NCBI RefSeq assembly: GCF_009914755.1
Contig: NC_060944.1
Length of the DNA stretch: 64,000 bases
Strand: one strand, 5' to 3'
Origin: the human T2T-CHM13v2.0 reference genome, Homo sapiens
Shown: piece by piece, positions 25,158 to 39,900 of the stretch
Position numbering within the stretch: the first letter of the stretch is position 1
How the letters are laid out: each line of letters starts with the position of its first letter
The notes under the pieces: generated by a model
Database searches by the model: none
The model's input: only the letters and a program-made list of their open reading frames with translations
What the model was told of the DNA's origin: nothing
Program-made: the position numbers and the translations under genes

Positions 25158-28100
25158 GTTGCAAACGGGAATGGCTTCATATAAACTCTAGACAGAAGCA
25201 TTCTCAGAAACTTCGTTGGGATGTTTCGATTGAAGTCCCAGTGTTGAACATTCCCTTTTATAGAGCAGGTTGGAAACACTCTTTCTGCATTCCCTGGAAG
25301 TGGACATTTGGAGCGCTTTCAGGACGACGGTGAAAATGGAAATATCTTCCAAGAAAATCTAGATAGAAGCAACGTCAGAAACTTTTATGTGATGGATCTA
25401 CTCAGCTAACAGAGTTGAACCTTTCTTTTGAGAGAGCAGTTTTGCAACACTCTTTTTGTGGAATATGCAAGTGGATATTAGGGCAGCTTTGAGGATTTCG
25501 TTGGAAACGGGAATACATGTAAAAAGCAGACAGCAGCATTCTCAGAAACTTCTTTGTGATGTTTGCATTGAAGTCACAGAGTTGAACATTCCCTTTGAGA
25601 GAGCAGGTTTGAAACACGCCTTTTGTCATATCTGGAAGTGTCCATTCGGAGCGCATTCAGGCTTGTGTTGAAAAAGGAAATATCCTCCCATAAAAACTAG
25701 ACAGAAGCATTCTCAGAAACTTATCTGTGATGTATGTACTCAACTAACAGAACTAAACCATCGTTTTGAAGGAGCAGTTTTGAAACACTCTTTTTGCGGA
25801 ATCTGCAAGTGGATATTTGGCTAGCTGGGAGGATTTCGTTGGAAACGGGATTACATACAAAAAGCAGACAGCAGCATTCTCAGAAACTTCTTTGTGATGT
25901 TTGCATTCAAGTCACAGAGTTGAACATTCCCTTTCATAGAGCAGGTTTGAAACACTCTTTTTGTAGTATCTGGATGTGGACATTTGGATCGCTTTCAGGC
26001 CTATGGTGAAAAAGGAAATATCTTCCCATGAAAACTAGACAGAAGCATTCTCAGAAACTTATTTGTGATGTGTGCCCTCAACTGACAGTGTTGAACCTTT
26101 GTTTTGATAGAGCAGTTCTGAAACACACTTTTTGTAAAATCTGCAAGAGGATATTTGGATAGCTTTGAGGATTTCGTTGGAAACGGGAATGTCTTCATGT
26201 AAACTCTAGACAGAAGCATTCTCAGAAACTGCTTTGGGATGTTTCAATTGAAGTCCCAGTGTTGAACATTCCCTTTCATAGAGCAGGTTTGAAACACTCT
26301 TTTTGTACTATCTGGAAGTGGACATTTGGAGCGCTTTCAGGTCTACGGTGAAAAAGGAGATATCTTCCAATAAAAACTAGATAGAAGCAATGTCAGAACT
26401 TTTTTCATGATGTATCTACTCAGCAAACAGAGTTGAACCTTTCTTTTGAGAGAGCAGTTTTGAAACACTCTTTCTGTGGAATATGCAAGTGGGTATTAGG
26501 CCAGCTTGGAGGATTTCGTTGGAAACGGGAATACGTATAAAAAGCAGACAGCAGCATTGTCAGAAACTACTTTGTGATGTTTGCATTCAAGTCACAGAAT
26601 TGAACACTCCCTTTCACAGAGCAGGTTTGAAACACTCTTTTTGTAGTGTCTGTAAGTGAACATTTGGATTGCTTTCAGGCCTAAGGTGAAAAAGGAAATA
26701 TCTTCCCATAAAAACTAGACAGAAGCATTCTCAGAAACTTGTTTGTGATGTGTGCCCTCTACTGACAGAGTTGAAACTTTCTTTGCAAAGAGCAGTTTTG
26801 AAACACTCTTTTTGTAGAATCTGCAAGAGGATATTTGGATAGCTTTGAGGATTTCTTGGGAAACGGGAATGTCTTCAGATAAACTCTAGACAGAAGCATT
26901 CTCAGAAACTTCTTTGGGATGTTTCAATTGAAGTCACAGTGTTGTACATTCCCTTTCACAGAGCAGGTTTGAAACACTCTTTTTGTAGTGTCTATAAGTG
27001 AACATTTGGCGTGCTTTCAGGCCTAACGTGAAAAAGGAAATATCTTCCCATAAAAACTAGACAGAAGCATTCTCAGAAACTTGTTCTTGATGTGTGCCCT
27101 CTACTGACAGAGTTGAACCTTTCTTTGCAAAGGGCAGTGTTGAAACACTCTTTTTGTAGAATCTGCAAGAGGATATTTGGATAGCTTTGAGGATTTCTTG
27201 GGAAACGGGAATGTCTTCAGATAAACTCTAGACAGAAGCATTCTCAGAAACTTCTTTGGGATGTTTCAATTGAAGTCACAGTGTTGAACATTCCCTTTCA
27301 CAGAGCAGGTTTGAAACACTCTTTTTGTAATGTCTATAAGTGAACATTTGGCGTGCTTTCAGGCCTAACGTGAAAAAGGAAATATCTTCCCATAAAAACT
27401 AGACAGAAGCATTCTCAGAAACTTGTTCTTGATGTGTCCCCTCTACTGACAGAGTTGAACCTTTCTTTGCAAAGAGCAGCTTTGAAACACTCTTTTTGTA
27501 GAATCTGCAAGAGGATATTTGGATAGCTTGGAGGATTTCGTTGGAAACGGGTATGTCTTCAGATAAACTCTAGACAGAAGCATTCTCAGAAACTTCTTTG
27601 GGATGTTGCATTCAAGTCACAGAGTAGAACATTTCCATTCATAGAGCAGATTTGAAACACTCTTTTTGTAGTATCTGGAAGTGGACATTTGGAGCGCTTT
27701 CAGGCCTATGTTGAAAAAGGAAATATCTTCCCATAAAAACTAGACGGAAGCATTCTCAGAAACTTATTTGTGATGTGTTTGCTCAACTAACAGGATTGAA
27801 CCATCGTTTTGAAGGAGCAGTTTTGAAACACTGTTTTCGTGGAATCTGCAAGTGGATATTTGGCTAGCTTTGAGGATTTCGTTGGAAACGGGATTACATA
27901 TAAAAAGGAGACAGCAGCATTCTCAGAAACTTCTTTGTGATGTCTGCATTCAATTCACAGAGTTGAGCATTCCCTTTCATAGAGCAGGTTGGAAACACTC
28001 TTTTTGTAGTATCTGGATGAGGACATTTGGAGCGCTTTCAGGCGTATGGTGAAAAAGGAAATATCTTCCCGTAAAAACTAGACAGAAGCATTCTCAGAAG

Positions 28101-28218
28101 TTTATTTGTGATGTGTGCCCTCAACTAACAGAGTTGAACCTTTCTTTTGATAGAGCAGTTTTGAAACACTCTTTTTGTAAAATCTGCAAGAGGATATTTG
28201 GATAGCTTTGAGGATTTC
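25158..28218 (+). repeat. 18-mer HOR structural variant (U10, 3061 bp)
   Basis: Spacing 25402->28463; extra dimer at 27068-27409. Confidence 0.96.
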
Positions 28219-30937
28219 GTTGCAAACGGGAATGGCTTCATATAAACTCTAGACAGAAGCATTCTCAGAAACTTCGTTGGGATGTTTCGATTGAAGTCCC
28301 AGTGTTGAACATTCCCTTTTATAGAGCAGGTTGGAAACACTCTTTCTGCATTCCCTGGAAGTGGACATTTGGAGCGCTTTCAGGACGACGGTGAAAATGG
28401 AAATATCTTCCAAGAAAATCTAGATAGAAGCAATGTCAGAAACTTTTATGTGATGGATCTACTCAGCTAACAGAGTTGAACCTTTCTTTTGAGAGAGCAG
28501 TTTTGCAACACTCTTTTTGTGGAATATGCAAGTGGATATTAGGGCAGCTTTGAGGATTTCGTTGGAAACGGGAATACATGTAAAAAGCAGACAGCAGCAT
28601 TCTCAGAAACTTCTTTGTGATGTTTGCATTGAAGTCACAGAGTTGAACATTCCCTTTGAGAGAGCAGGTTTGAAACACGCCTTTTGTCATATCTGGAAGT
28701 GTCCATTCGGAGTGCATTCAGGCTTGTGTTGAAAAAGGAAATATCCTCCCATAAAAACTAGACAGAAGCATTCTCAGAAACTTATCTGTGATGTATGTAC
28801 TCAACTAACAGAACTAAACCATCGTTTTGAAGGAGCAGTTTTGAAACACTCTTTTTGCGGAATCTGCAAGTGGATATTTGGCTAGCTGGGAGGATTTCGT
28901 TGGAAACGGGATTACATACAAAAAGCAGACAGCAGCATTCTCAGAAACTTCTTTGTGATGTTTGCATTCAAGTCACAGAGTTGAACATTCCCTTTCATAG
29001 AGCAGGTTTGAAACACTCTTTTTGTAGTATCTGGATGTGGACATTTGGATCGCTTTCAGGCCTATGGTGAAAAAGGAAATATCTTCCCATGAAAACTAGA
29101 CAGAAGCATTCTCAGAAACTTATTTGTGATGTGTGCCCTCAACTGACAGTGTTGAACCTTTGTTTTGATAGAGCAGTTCTGAAACACACTTTTTGTAAAA
29201 TCTGCAAGAGGATATTTGGATAGCTTTGAGGATTTCGTTGGAAACGGGAATGTCTTCATGTAAACTCTAGACAGAAGCATTCTCAGAAACTGCTTTGGGA
29301 TGTTTCAATTGAAGTCCCAGTGTTGAACATTCCCATTCATAGAGCAGGTTTGAAACACTCTTTTTGTACTATCTGGAAGTGGACATTTGGAGCGCTTTCA
29401 GGTCTACGGTGAAAAAGGAGATATCTTCCAATAAAAACTAGATAGAAGCAATGTCAGAACTTTTTTCATGATGTATCTACTCAGCAAACAGAGTTGAACC
29501 TTTCTTTTGAGAGAGCAGTTTTGAAACACTCTTTTTGTGGAATATGCAAGTGGGTATTAGGCCAGCTTGGAGGATTTCGTTGGAAACGGGAATACGTATA
29601 AAAAGCAGACAGCAGCATTGTCAGAAACTACTTTGTGATGTTTGCATTCAAGTCACAGAATTGAACACTCCCTTTCACAGAGCAGGTTTGAAACACTCTT
29701 TTTGTAGTGTCTGTAAGTGAACATTTGGATTGCTTTCAGGCCTAAGGTGAAAAAGGAAATATCTTCCCATAAAAACTAGACAGAAGCATTCTCAGAAACT
29801 TGTTTGTGATGTGTGCCCTCTACTGACAGAGTTGAACCTTTCTTTGCAAAGAGCAGTTTTGAAACACTCTTTTTGTAGAATCTGCAAGAGGATATTTGGA
29901 TAGCTTTGAGGATTTCTTGGGAAACGGGAATGTCTTCAGATAAACTCTAGACAGAAGCATTCTCAGAAACTTCTTTGGGATGTTTCAATTGAAGTCACAG
30001 TGTTGAACATTCCCTTTCACAGAGCAGGTTTGAAACACTCTTTTTGTAGTGTCTATAAGTGAACATTTGGCGTGCTTTCAGGCCTAACGTGAAAAAGGAA
30101 ATATCTTCCCATAAAAACTAGACAGAAGCATTCTCAGAAACTTGTTCTTGATGTGTCCCCTCTACTGACAGAGTTGAACCTTTCTTTGCAAAGAGCAGCT
30201 TTGAAACACTCTTTTTGTAGAATCTGCAAGAGGATATTTGGATAGCTTGGAGGATTTCGTTGGAAACGGGTATGTCTTCAGATAAACTCTAGACAGAAGC
30301 ATTCTCAGAAACTTCTTTGGGATGTTGCATTCAAGTCACAGAGTAGAACATTCCCATTCATAGAGCAGATTTGAAACACTCTTTTTGTAGTATCTGGAAG
30401 TGGACATTTGGAGCGCTTTCAGGCCTATGTTGAAAAAGGAAATATCTTCCCATAAAAACTAGACGGAAGCATTCTCAGAAACTTATTTGTGATGTGTTTG
30501 CTCAACTAACAGGATTGAACCATCGTTTTGAAGGAGCAGTTTTGAAACACTGTTTTCGTGGAATCTGCAAGTGGATATTTGGCTAGCTTTGAGGATTTCG
30601 TTGGAAACGGGATTACATATAAAAAGGAGACAGCAGCATTCTCAGAAACTTCTTTGTGATGTCTGCATTCAATTCACAGAGTTGAGCATTCCCTTTCATA
30701 GAGCAGGTTGGAAACACTCTTTTTGTAGTATCTGGATGAGGACATTTGGAGCGCTTTCAGGCGTATGGTGAAAAAGGAAATATCTTCCCGTAAAAACTAG
30801 ACAGAAGCATTCTCAGAAGTTTATTTGTGATGTGTGCCCTCAACTAACAGAGTTGAACCTTTCTTTTGATAGAGCAGTTTTGAAACACTCTTTTTGTAAA
30901 ATCTGCAAGAGGATATTTGGATAGCTTTGAGGATTTC
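28219..30937 (+). repeat. Canonical 16-mer (U11)
   Basis: Spacing 28463->31182 = 2719. Confidence 0.96.
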
Positions 30938-33900
30938 GTTGCAAACGGGAATGGCTTCATATAAACTCTAGACAGAAGCATTCTCAGAAACTTCGTTGGG
31001 ATGTTTCGATTGAAGTCCCAGTGTTGAACATTCCCTTTTATAGAGCAGGTTGGAAACACTCTTTCTGCATTCCCTGGAAGTGGACATTTGGAGCGCTTTC
31101 AGGACGACGGTGAAAATGGAAATATCTTCCAAGAAAATCTAGATAGAAGCAACGTCAGAAACTTTTATGTGATGGATCTACTCAGCTAACAGAGTTGAAC
31201 CTTTCTTTTGAGAGAGCAGTTTTGCAACACTCTTTTTGTGGAATATGCAAGTGGATATTAGGGCAGCTTTGAGGATTTCGTTGGAAACGGGAATACATGT
31301 AAAAAGCAGACAGCAGCATTCTCAGAAACTTCTTTGTGATGTTTGCATTGAAGTCACAGAGTTGAACATTCCCTTTGAGAGAGCAGGTTTGAAACACGCC
31401 TTTTGTCATATCTGGAAGTGTCCATTCGGAGCGCATTCAGGCTTGTGTTGAAAAAGGAAATATCCTCCCATAAAAACTAGACAGAAGCATTCTCAGAAAC
31501 TTATCTGTGATGTATGTACTCAACTAACAGAACTAAACCATCGTTTTGAAGGAGCAGTTTTGAAACACTCTTTTTGCGGAATCTGCAAGTGGATATTTGG
31601 CTAGCTGGGAGGATTTCGTTGGAAACGGGATTACATACAAAAAGCAGACAGCAGCATTCTCAGAAACTTCTTTGTGATGTTTGCATTCAAGTCACAGAGT
31701 TGAACATTCCCTTTCATAGAGCAGGTTTGAAACACTCTTTTTGTAGTATCTGGATGTGGACATTTGGATCGCTTTCAGGCCTATGGTGAAAAAGGAAATA
31801 TCTTCCCATGAAAACTAGACAGAAGCATTCTCAGAAACTTATTTGTGATGTGTGCCCTCAACTGACAGTGTTGAACCTTTGTTTTGATAGAGCAGTTCTG
31901 AAACACACTTTTTGTAAAATCTGCAAGAGGATATTTGGATAGCTTTGAGGATTTCGTTGGAAACGGGAATGTCTTCATGTAAACTCTAGACAGAAGCATT
32001 CTCAGAAACTGCTTTGGGATGTTTCAATTGAAGTCCCAGTGTTGAACATTCCCTTTCATAGAGCAGGTTTGAAACACTCTTTTTGTACTATCTGGAAGTG
32101 GACATTTGGAGCGCTTTCAGGTCTACGGTGAAAAAGGAGATATCTTCCAATAAAAACTAGATAGAAGCAATGTCAGAACTTTTTTCATGATGTATCTACT
32201 CAGCAAACAGAGTTGAACCTTTCTTTTGAGAGAGCAGTTTTGAAACACTCTTTCTGTGGAATATGCAAGTGGGTATTAGGCCAGCTTGGAGGATTTCGTT
32301 GGAAACGGGAATACGTATAAAAAGCAGACAGCAGCATTGTCAGAAACTACTTTGTGATGTTTGCATTCAAGTCACAGAATTGAACACTCCCTTTCACAGA
32401 GCAGGTTTGAAACACTCTTTTTGTAGTGTCTGTAAGTGAACATTTGGATTGCTTTCAGGCCTAAGGTGAAAAAGGAAATATCTTCCCATAAAAACTAGAC
32501 AGAAGCATTCTCAGAAACTTGTTTGTGATGTGTGCCCTCTACTGACAGAGTTGAAACTTTCTTTGCAAAGAGCAGTTTTGAAACACTCTTTTTGTAGAAT
32601 CTGCAAGAGGATATTTGGATAGCTTTGAGGATTTCTTGGGAAACGGGAATGTCTTCAGATAAACTCTAGACAGAAGCATTCTCAGAAACTTCTTTGGGAT
32701 GTTTCAATTGAAGTCACAGTGTTGTACATTCCCTTTCACAGAGCAGGTTTGAAACACTCTTTTTGTAGTGTCTATAAGTGAACATTTGGCGTGCTTTCAG
32801 GCCTAACGTGAAAAAGGAAATATCTTCCCATAAAAACTAGACAGAAGCATTCTCAGAAACTTGTTCTTGATGTGTGCCCTCTACTGACAGAGTTGAACCT
32901 TTCTTTGCAAAGAGCAGTTTTGAAACACTCTTTTTGTAGAATCTGCAAGAGGATATTTGGATAGCTTTGAGGATTTCTTGGGAAACGGGAATGTCTTCAG
33001 ATAAACTCTAGACAGAAACATTCTCAGAAACTTCTTTGGGATGTTTCAATTGAAGTCACAGTGTTGAACATTCCCTTTCACAGAGCAGGTTTGAAACACT
33101 CTTTTTGTAGTGTCTATAAGTGAACATTTGGCGTGCTTTCAGGCCTAACGTGAAAAAGGAAATATCTTCCCATAAAAACTAGACAGAAGCATTCTCAGAA
33201 ACTTGTTCTTGATGTGTCCCCTCTACTGACAGAGTTGAACCTTTCTTTGCAAAGAGCAGCTTTGAAACACTCTTTTTGTAGAATCTGCAAGAGGATATTT
33301 GGATAGCTTGGAGGATTTCGTTGGAAACGGGTATGTCTTCAGATAAACTCTAGACAGAAGCATTCTCAGAAACTTCTTTGGGATGTTGCATTCAAGTCAC
33401 AGAGTAGAACATTTCCATTCATAGAGCAGATTTGAAACACTCTTTTTGTAGTATCTGGAAGTGGACATTTGGAGCGCTTTCAGGCCTATGTTGAAAAAGG
33501 AAATATCTTCCCATAAAAACTAGACGGAAGCATTCTCAGAAACTTATTTGTGATGTGTTTGCTCAACTAACAGGATTGAACCATCGTTTTGAAGGAGCAG
33601 TTTTGAAACACTGTTTTCGTGGAATCTGCAAGTGGATATTTGGCTAGCTTTGAGGATTTCGTTGGAAACGGGATTACATATAAAAAGGAGACAGCAGCAT
33701 TCTCAGAAACTTCTTTGTGATGTCTGCATTCAATTCACAGAGTTGAGCATTCCCTTTCATAGAGCAGGTTGGAAACACTCTTTTTGTAGTATCTGGATGA
33801 GGACATTTGGAGCGCTTTCAGGCGTATGGTGAAAAAGGAAATATCTTCCCGTAAAAACTAGACAGAAGCATTCTCAGAAGTTTATTTGTGATGTGTGCCC

Positions 33901-33998
33901 TCAACTAACAGAGTTGAACCTTTCTTTTGATAGAGCAGTTTTGAAACACTCTTTTTGTAAAATCTGCAAGAGGATATTTGGATAGCTTTGAGGATTTC
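30938..33998 (+). repeat. 18-mer HOR structural variant (U12, 3061 bp)
   Basis: Spacing 31182->34243; extra dimer at 32848-33189. Confidence 0.96.
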
Positions 33999-36900
33999 GT
34001 TGCAAACGGGAATGGCTTCATATAAACTCTAGACAGAAGCATTCTCAGAAACTTCGTTGGGATGTTTCGATTGAAGTCCCAGTGTTGAACATTCCCTTTT
34101 ATAGAGCAGGTTGGAAACACTCTTTCTGCATTCCCTGGAAGTGGACATTTGGAGCGCTTTCAGGACGACGGTGAAAATGGAAATATCTTCCAAGAAAATC
34201 TAGATAGAAGCAATGTCAGAAACTTTTATGTGATGGATCTACTCAGCTAACAGAGTTGAACCTTTCTTTTGAGAGAGCAGTTTTGCAACACTCTTTTTGT
34301 GGAATATGCAAGTGGATATTAGGGCAGCTTTGAGGATTTCGTTGGAAACGGGAATACATGTAAAAAGCAGACAGCAGCATTCTCAGAAACTTCTTTGTGA
34401 TGTTTGCATTGAAGTCACAGAGTTGAACATTCCCTTTGAGAGAGCAGGTTTGAAACACGCCTTTTGTCATATCTGGAAGTGTCCATTCGGAGCGCATTCA
34501 GGCTTGTGTTGAAAAAGGAAATATCCTCCCATAAAAACTAGACAGAAGCATTCTCAGAAACTTATCTGTGATGTATGTACTCAACTAACAGAACTAAACC
34601 ATCGTTTTGAAGGAGCAGTTTTGAAACACTCTTTTTGCGGAATCTGCAAGTGGATATTTGGCTAGCTGGGAGGATTTCGTTGGAAACGGGATTACATACA
34701 AAAAGCAGACAGCAGCATTCTCAGAAACTTCTTTGTGATGTTTGCATTCAAGTCACAGAGTTGAACATTCCCTTTCATAGAGCAGGTTTGAAACACTCTT
34801 TTTGTAGTATCTGGATGTGGACATTTGGATCGCTTTCAGGCCTATGGTGAAAAAGGAAATATCTTCCCATGAAAACTAGACAGAAGCATTCTCAGAAACT
34901 TATTTGTGATGTGTGCCCTCAACTGACAGTGTTGAACCTTTGTTTTGATAGAGCAGTTCTGAAACACACTTTTTGTAAAATCTGCAAGAGGATATTTGGA
35001 TAGCTTTGAGGATTTCGTTGGAAACGGGAATGTCTTCATGTAAACTCTAGACAGAAGCATTCTCAGAAACTGCTTTGGGATGTTTCAATTGAAGTCCCAG
35101 TGTTGAACATTCCCATTCATAGAGCAGGTTTGAAACACTCTTTTTGTACTATCTGGAAGTGGACATTTGGAGCGCTTTCAGGTCTACGGTGAAAAAGGAG
35201 ATATCTTCCAATAAAAACTAGATAGAAGCAATGTCAGAACTTTTTTCATGATGTATCTACTCAGCAAACAGAGTTGAACCTTTCTTTTGAGAGAGCAGTT
35301 TTGAAACACTCTTTCTGTGGAATATGCAAGTGGGTATTAGGCCAGCTTGGAGGATTTCGTTGGAAACGGGAATACGTATAAAAAGCAGACAGCAGCATTG
35401 TCAGAAACTACTTTGTGATGTTTGCATTCAAGTCACAGAATTGAACACTCCCTTTCACAGAGCAGGTTTGAAACACTCTTTTTGTAGTGTCTGTAAGTGA
35501 ACATTTGGATTGCTTTCAGGCCTAAGGTGAAAAAGGAAATATCTTCCCATAAAAACTAGACAGAAGCATTCTCAGAAACTTGTTTGTGATGTGTGCCCTC
35601 TACTGACAGAGTTGAACCTTTCTTTGCAAAGAGCAGTTTTGAAACACTCTTTTTGTAGAATCTGCAAGAGGATATTTGGATAGCTTTGAGGATTTCTTGG
35701 GAAACGGGAATGTCTTCAGATAAACTCTAGACAGAAGCATTCTCAGAAACTTCTTTGGGATGTTTCAATTGAAGTCACAGTGTTGAACATTCCCTTTCAC
35801 AGAGCAGGTTTGAAACACTCTTTTTGTAGTGTCTATAAGTGAACATTTGGCGTGCTTTCAGGCCTAACGTGAAAAAGGAAATATCTTCCCATAAAAACTA
35901 GACAGAAGCATTCTCAGAAACTTGTTCTTGATGTGTCCCCTCTACTGACAGAGTTGAACCTTTCTTTGCAAAGAGCAGCTTTGAAACACTCTTTTTGTAG
36001 AATCTGCAAGAGGATATTTGGATAGCTTGGAGGATTTCGTTGGAAACGGGTATGTCTTCAGATAAACTCTAGACAGAAGCATTCTCAGAAACTTCTTTGG
36101 GATGTTGCATTCAAGTCACAGAGTAGAACATTCCCATTCATAGAGCAGATTTGAAACACTCTTTTTGTAGTATCTGGAAGTGGACATTTGGAGCGCTTTC
36201 AGGCCTATGTTGAAAAAGGAAATATGTTCCCATAAAAACTAGACGGAAGCATTCTCAGAAACTTATTTGTGATGTGTTTGCTCAACTAACAGGATTGAAC
36301 CATCGTTTTGAAGGAGCAGTTTTGAAACACTGTTTTCGTGGAATCTGCAAGTGGATATTTGGCTAGCTTTGAGGATTTCGTTGGAAACGGGATTACATAT
36401 AAAAAGGAGACAGCAGCATTCTCAGAAACTTCTTTGTGATGTCTGCATTCAATTCACAGAGTTGAGCATTCCCTTTCATAGAGCAGGTTGGAAACACTCT
36501 TTTTGTAGTATCTGGATGAGGACATTTGGAGCGCTTTCAGGCGTATGGTGAAAAAGGAAATATCTTCCCGTAAAAACTAGACAGAAGCATTCTCAGAAGT
36601 TTATTTGTGATGTGTGCCCTCAACTAACAGAGTTGAACCTTTCTTTTGATAGAGCAGTTTTGAAACACTCTTTTTGTAAAATCTGCAAGAGGATATTTGG
36701 ATAGCTTTGAGGATTTCGTTGCAAACGGGAATGGCTTCATATAAACTCTAGACAGAAGCATTCTCAGAAACTTCGTTGGGATGTTTCGATTGAAGTCCCA
36801 GTGTTGAACATTCCCTTTTATAGAGCAGGTTGGAAACACTCTTTCTGCATTCCCTGGAAGTGGACATTTGGAGCGCTTTCAGGACGACGGTGAAAATGGA

Positions 36901-39900
36901 AATATCTTCCAAGAAAATCTAGATAGAAGCAATGTCAGAAACTTTTATGTGATGGATCTACTCAGCTAACAGAGTTGAACCTTTCTTTTGAGAGAGCAGT
37001 TTTGCAACACTCTTTTTGTGGAATATGCAAGTGGATATTAGGGCAGCTTTGAGGATTTCGTTGGAAACGGGAATACATGTAAAAAGCAGACAGCAGCATT
37101 CTCAGAAACTTCTTTGTGATGTTTGCATTGAAGTCACAGAGTTGAACATTCCCTTTGAGAGAGCAGGTTTGAAACACGCCTTTTGTCATATCTGGAAGTG
37201 TCCATTCGGAGCGCATTCAGGCTTGTGTTGAAAAAGGAAATATCCTCCCATAAAAACTAGACAGAAGCATTCTCAGAAACTTATCTGTGATGTATGTACT
37301 CAACTAACAGAACTAAACCATCGTTTTGAAGGAGCAGTTTTGAAACACTCTTTTTGCGGAATCTGCAAGTGGATATTTGGCTAGCTGGGAGGATTTCGTT
37401 GGAAACGGGATTACATACAAAAAGCAGACAGCAGCATTCTCAGAAACTTCTTTGTGATGTTTGCATTCAAGTCACAGAGTTGAACATTCCCTTTCATAGA
37501 GCAGGTTTGAAACACTCTTTTTGTAGTATCTGGATGTGGACATTTGGATCGCTTTCAGGCCTATGGTGAAAAAGGAAATATCTTCCCATGAAAACTAGAC
37601 AGAAGCATTCTCAGAAACTTATTTGTGATGTGTGCCCTCAACTGACAGTGTTGAACCTTTGTTTTGATAGAGCAGTTCTGAAACACACTTTTTGTAAAAT
37701 CTGCAAGAGGATATTTGGATAGCTTTGAGGATTTCGTTGGAAACGGGAATGTCTTCATGTAAACTCTAGACAGAAGCATTCTCAGAAACTGCTTTGGGAT
37801 GTTTCAATTGAAGTCCCAGTGTTGAACATTCCCATTCATAGAGCAGGTTTGAAACACTCTTTTTGTACTATCTGGAAGTGGACATTTGGAGCGCTTTCAG
37901 GTCTACGGTGAAAAAGGAGATATCTTCCAATAAAAACTAGATAGAAGCAATGTCAGAACTTTTTTCATGATGTATCTACTCAGCAAACAGAGTTGAACCT
38001 TTCTTTTGAGAGAGCAGTTTTGAAACACTCTTTCTGTGGAATATGCAAGTGGGTATTAGGCCAGCTTGGAGGATTTCGTTGGAAACGGGAATACGTATAA
38101 AAAGCAGACAGCAGCATTGTCAGAAACTACTTTGTGATGTTTGCATTCAAGTCACAGAATTGAACACTCCCTTTCACAGAGCAGGTTTGAAACACTCTTT
38201 TTGTAGTGTCTGTAAGTGAACATTTGGATTGCTTTCAGGCCTAAGGTGAAAAAGGAAATATCTTCCCATAAAAACTAGACAGAAGCATTCTCAGAAACTT
38301 GTTTGTGATGTGTGCCCTCTACTGACAGAGTTGAACCTTTCTTTGCAAAGAGCAGTTTTGAAACACTCTTTTTGTAGAATCTGCAAGAGGATATTTGGAT
38401 AGCTTTGAGGATTTCTTGGGAAACGGGAATGTCTTCAGATAAACTCTAGACAGAAGCATTCTCAGAAACTTCTTTGGGATGTTTCAATTGAAGTCACAGT
38501 GTTGAACATTCCCTTTCACAGAGCAGGTTTGAAACACTCTTTTTGTAGTGTCTATAAGTGAACATTTGGCGTGCTTTCAGGCCTAACGTGAAAAAGGAAA
38601 TATCTTCCCATAAAAACTAGACAGAAGCATTCTCAGAAACTTGTTCTTGATGTGTCCCCTCTACTGACAGAGTTGAACCTTTCTTTGCAAAGAGCAGCTT
38701 TGAAACACTCTTTTTGTAGAATCTGCAAGAGGATATTTGGATAGCTTGGAGGATTTCGTTGGAAACGGGTATGTCTTCAGATAAACTCTAGACAGAAGCA
38801 TTCTCAGAAACTTCTTTGGGATGTTGCATTCAAGTCACAGAGTAGAACATTCCCATTCATAGAGCAGATTTGAAACACTCTTTTTGTAGTATCTGGAAGT
38901 GGACATTTGGAGCGCTTTCAGGCCTATGTTGAAAAAGGAAATATGTTCCCATAAAAACTAGACGGAAGCATTCTCAGAAACTTATTTGTGATGTGTTTGC
39001 TCAACTAACAGGATTGAACCATCGTTTTGAAGGAGCAGTTTTGAAACACTGTTTTCGTGGAATCTGCAAGTGGATATTTGGCTAGCTTTGAGGATTTCGT
39101 TGGAAACGGGATTACATATAAAAAGGAGACAGCAGCATTCTCAGAAACTTCTTTGTGATGTCTGCATTCAATTCACAGAGTTGAGCATTCCCTTTCATAG
39201 AGCAGGTTGGAAACACTCTTTTTGTAGTATCTGGATGAGGACATTTGGAGCGCTTTCAGGCGTATGGTGAAAAAGGAAATATCTTCCCGTAAAAACTAGA
39301 CAGAAGCATTCTCAGAAGTTTATTTGTGATGTGTGCCCTCAACTAACAGAGTTGAACCTTTCTTTTGATAGAGCAGTTTTGAAACACTCTTTTTGTAAAA
39401 TCTGCAAGAGGATATTTGGATAGCTTTGAGGATTTCGTTGCAAACGGGAATGGCTTCATATAAACTCTAGACAGAAGCATTCTCAGAAACTTCGTTGGGA
39501 TGTTTCGATTGAAGTCCCAGTGTTGAACATTCCCTTTTATAGAGCAGGTTGGAAACACTCTTTCTGCATTCCCTGGAAGTGGACATTTGGAGCGCTTTCA
39601 GGACGACGGTGAAAATGGAAATATCTTCCAAGAAAATCTAGATAGAAGCAACGTCAGAAACTTTTATGTGATGGATCTACTCAGCTAACAGAGTTGAACC
39701 TTTCTTTTGAGAGAGCAGTTTTGCAACACTCTTTTTGTGGAATATGCAAGTGGATATTAGGGCAGCTTTGAGGATTTCGTTGGAAACGGGAATACATGTA
39801 AAAAGCAGACAGCAGCATTCTCAGAAACTTCTTTGTGATGTTTGCATTGAAGTCACAGAGTTGAACATTCCCTTTGAGAGAGCAGGTTTGAAACACGCCT

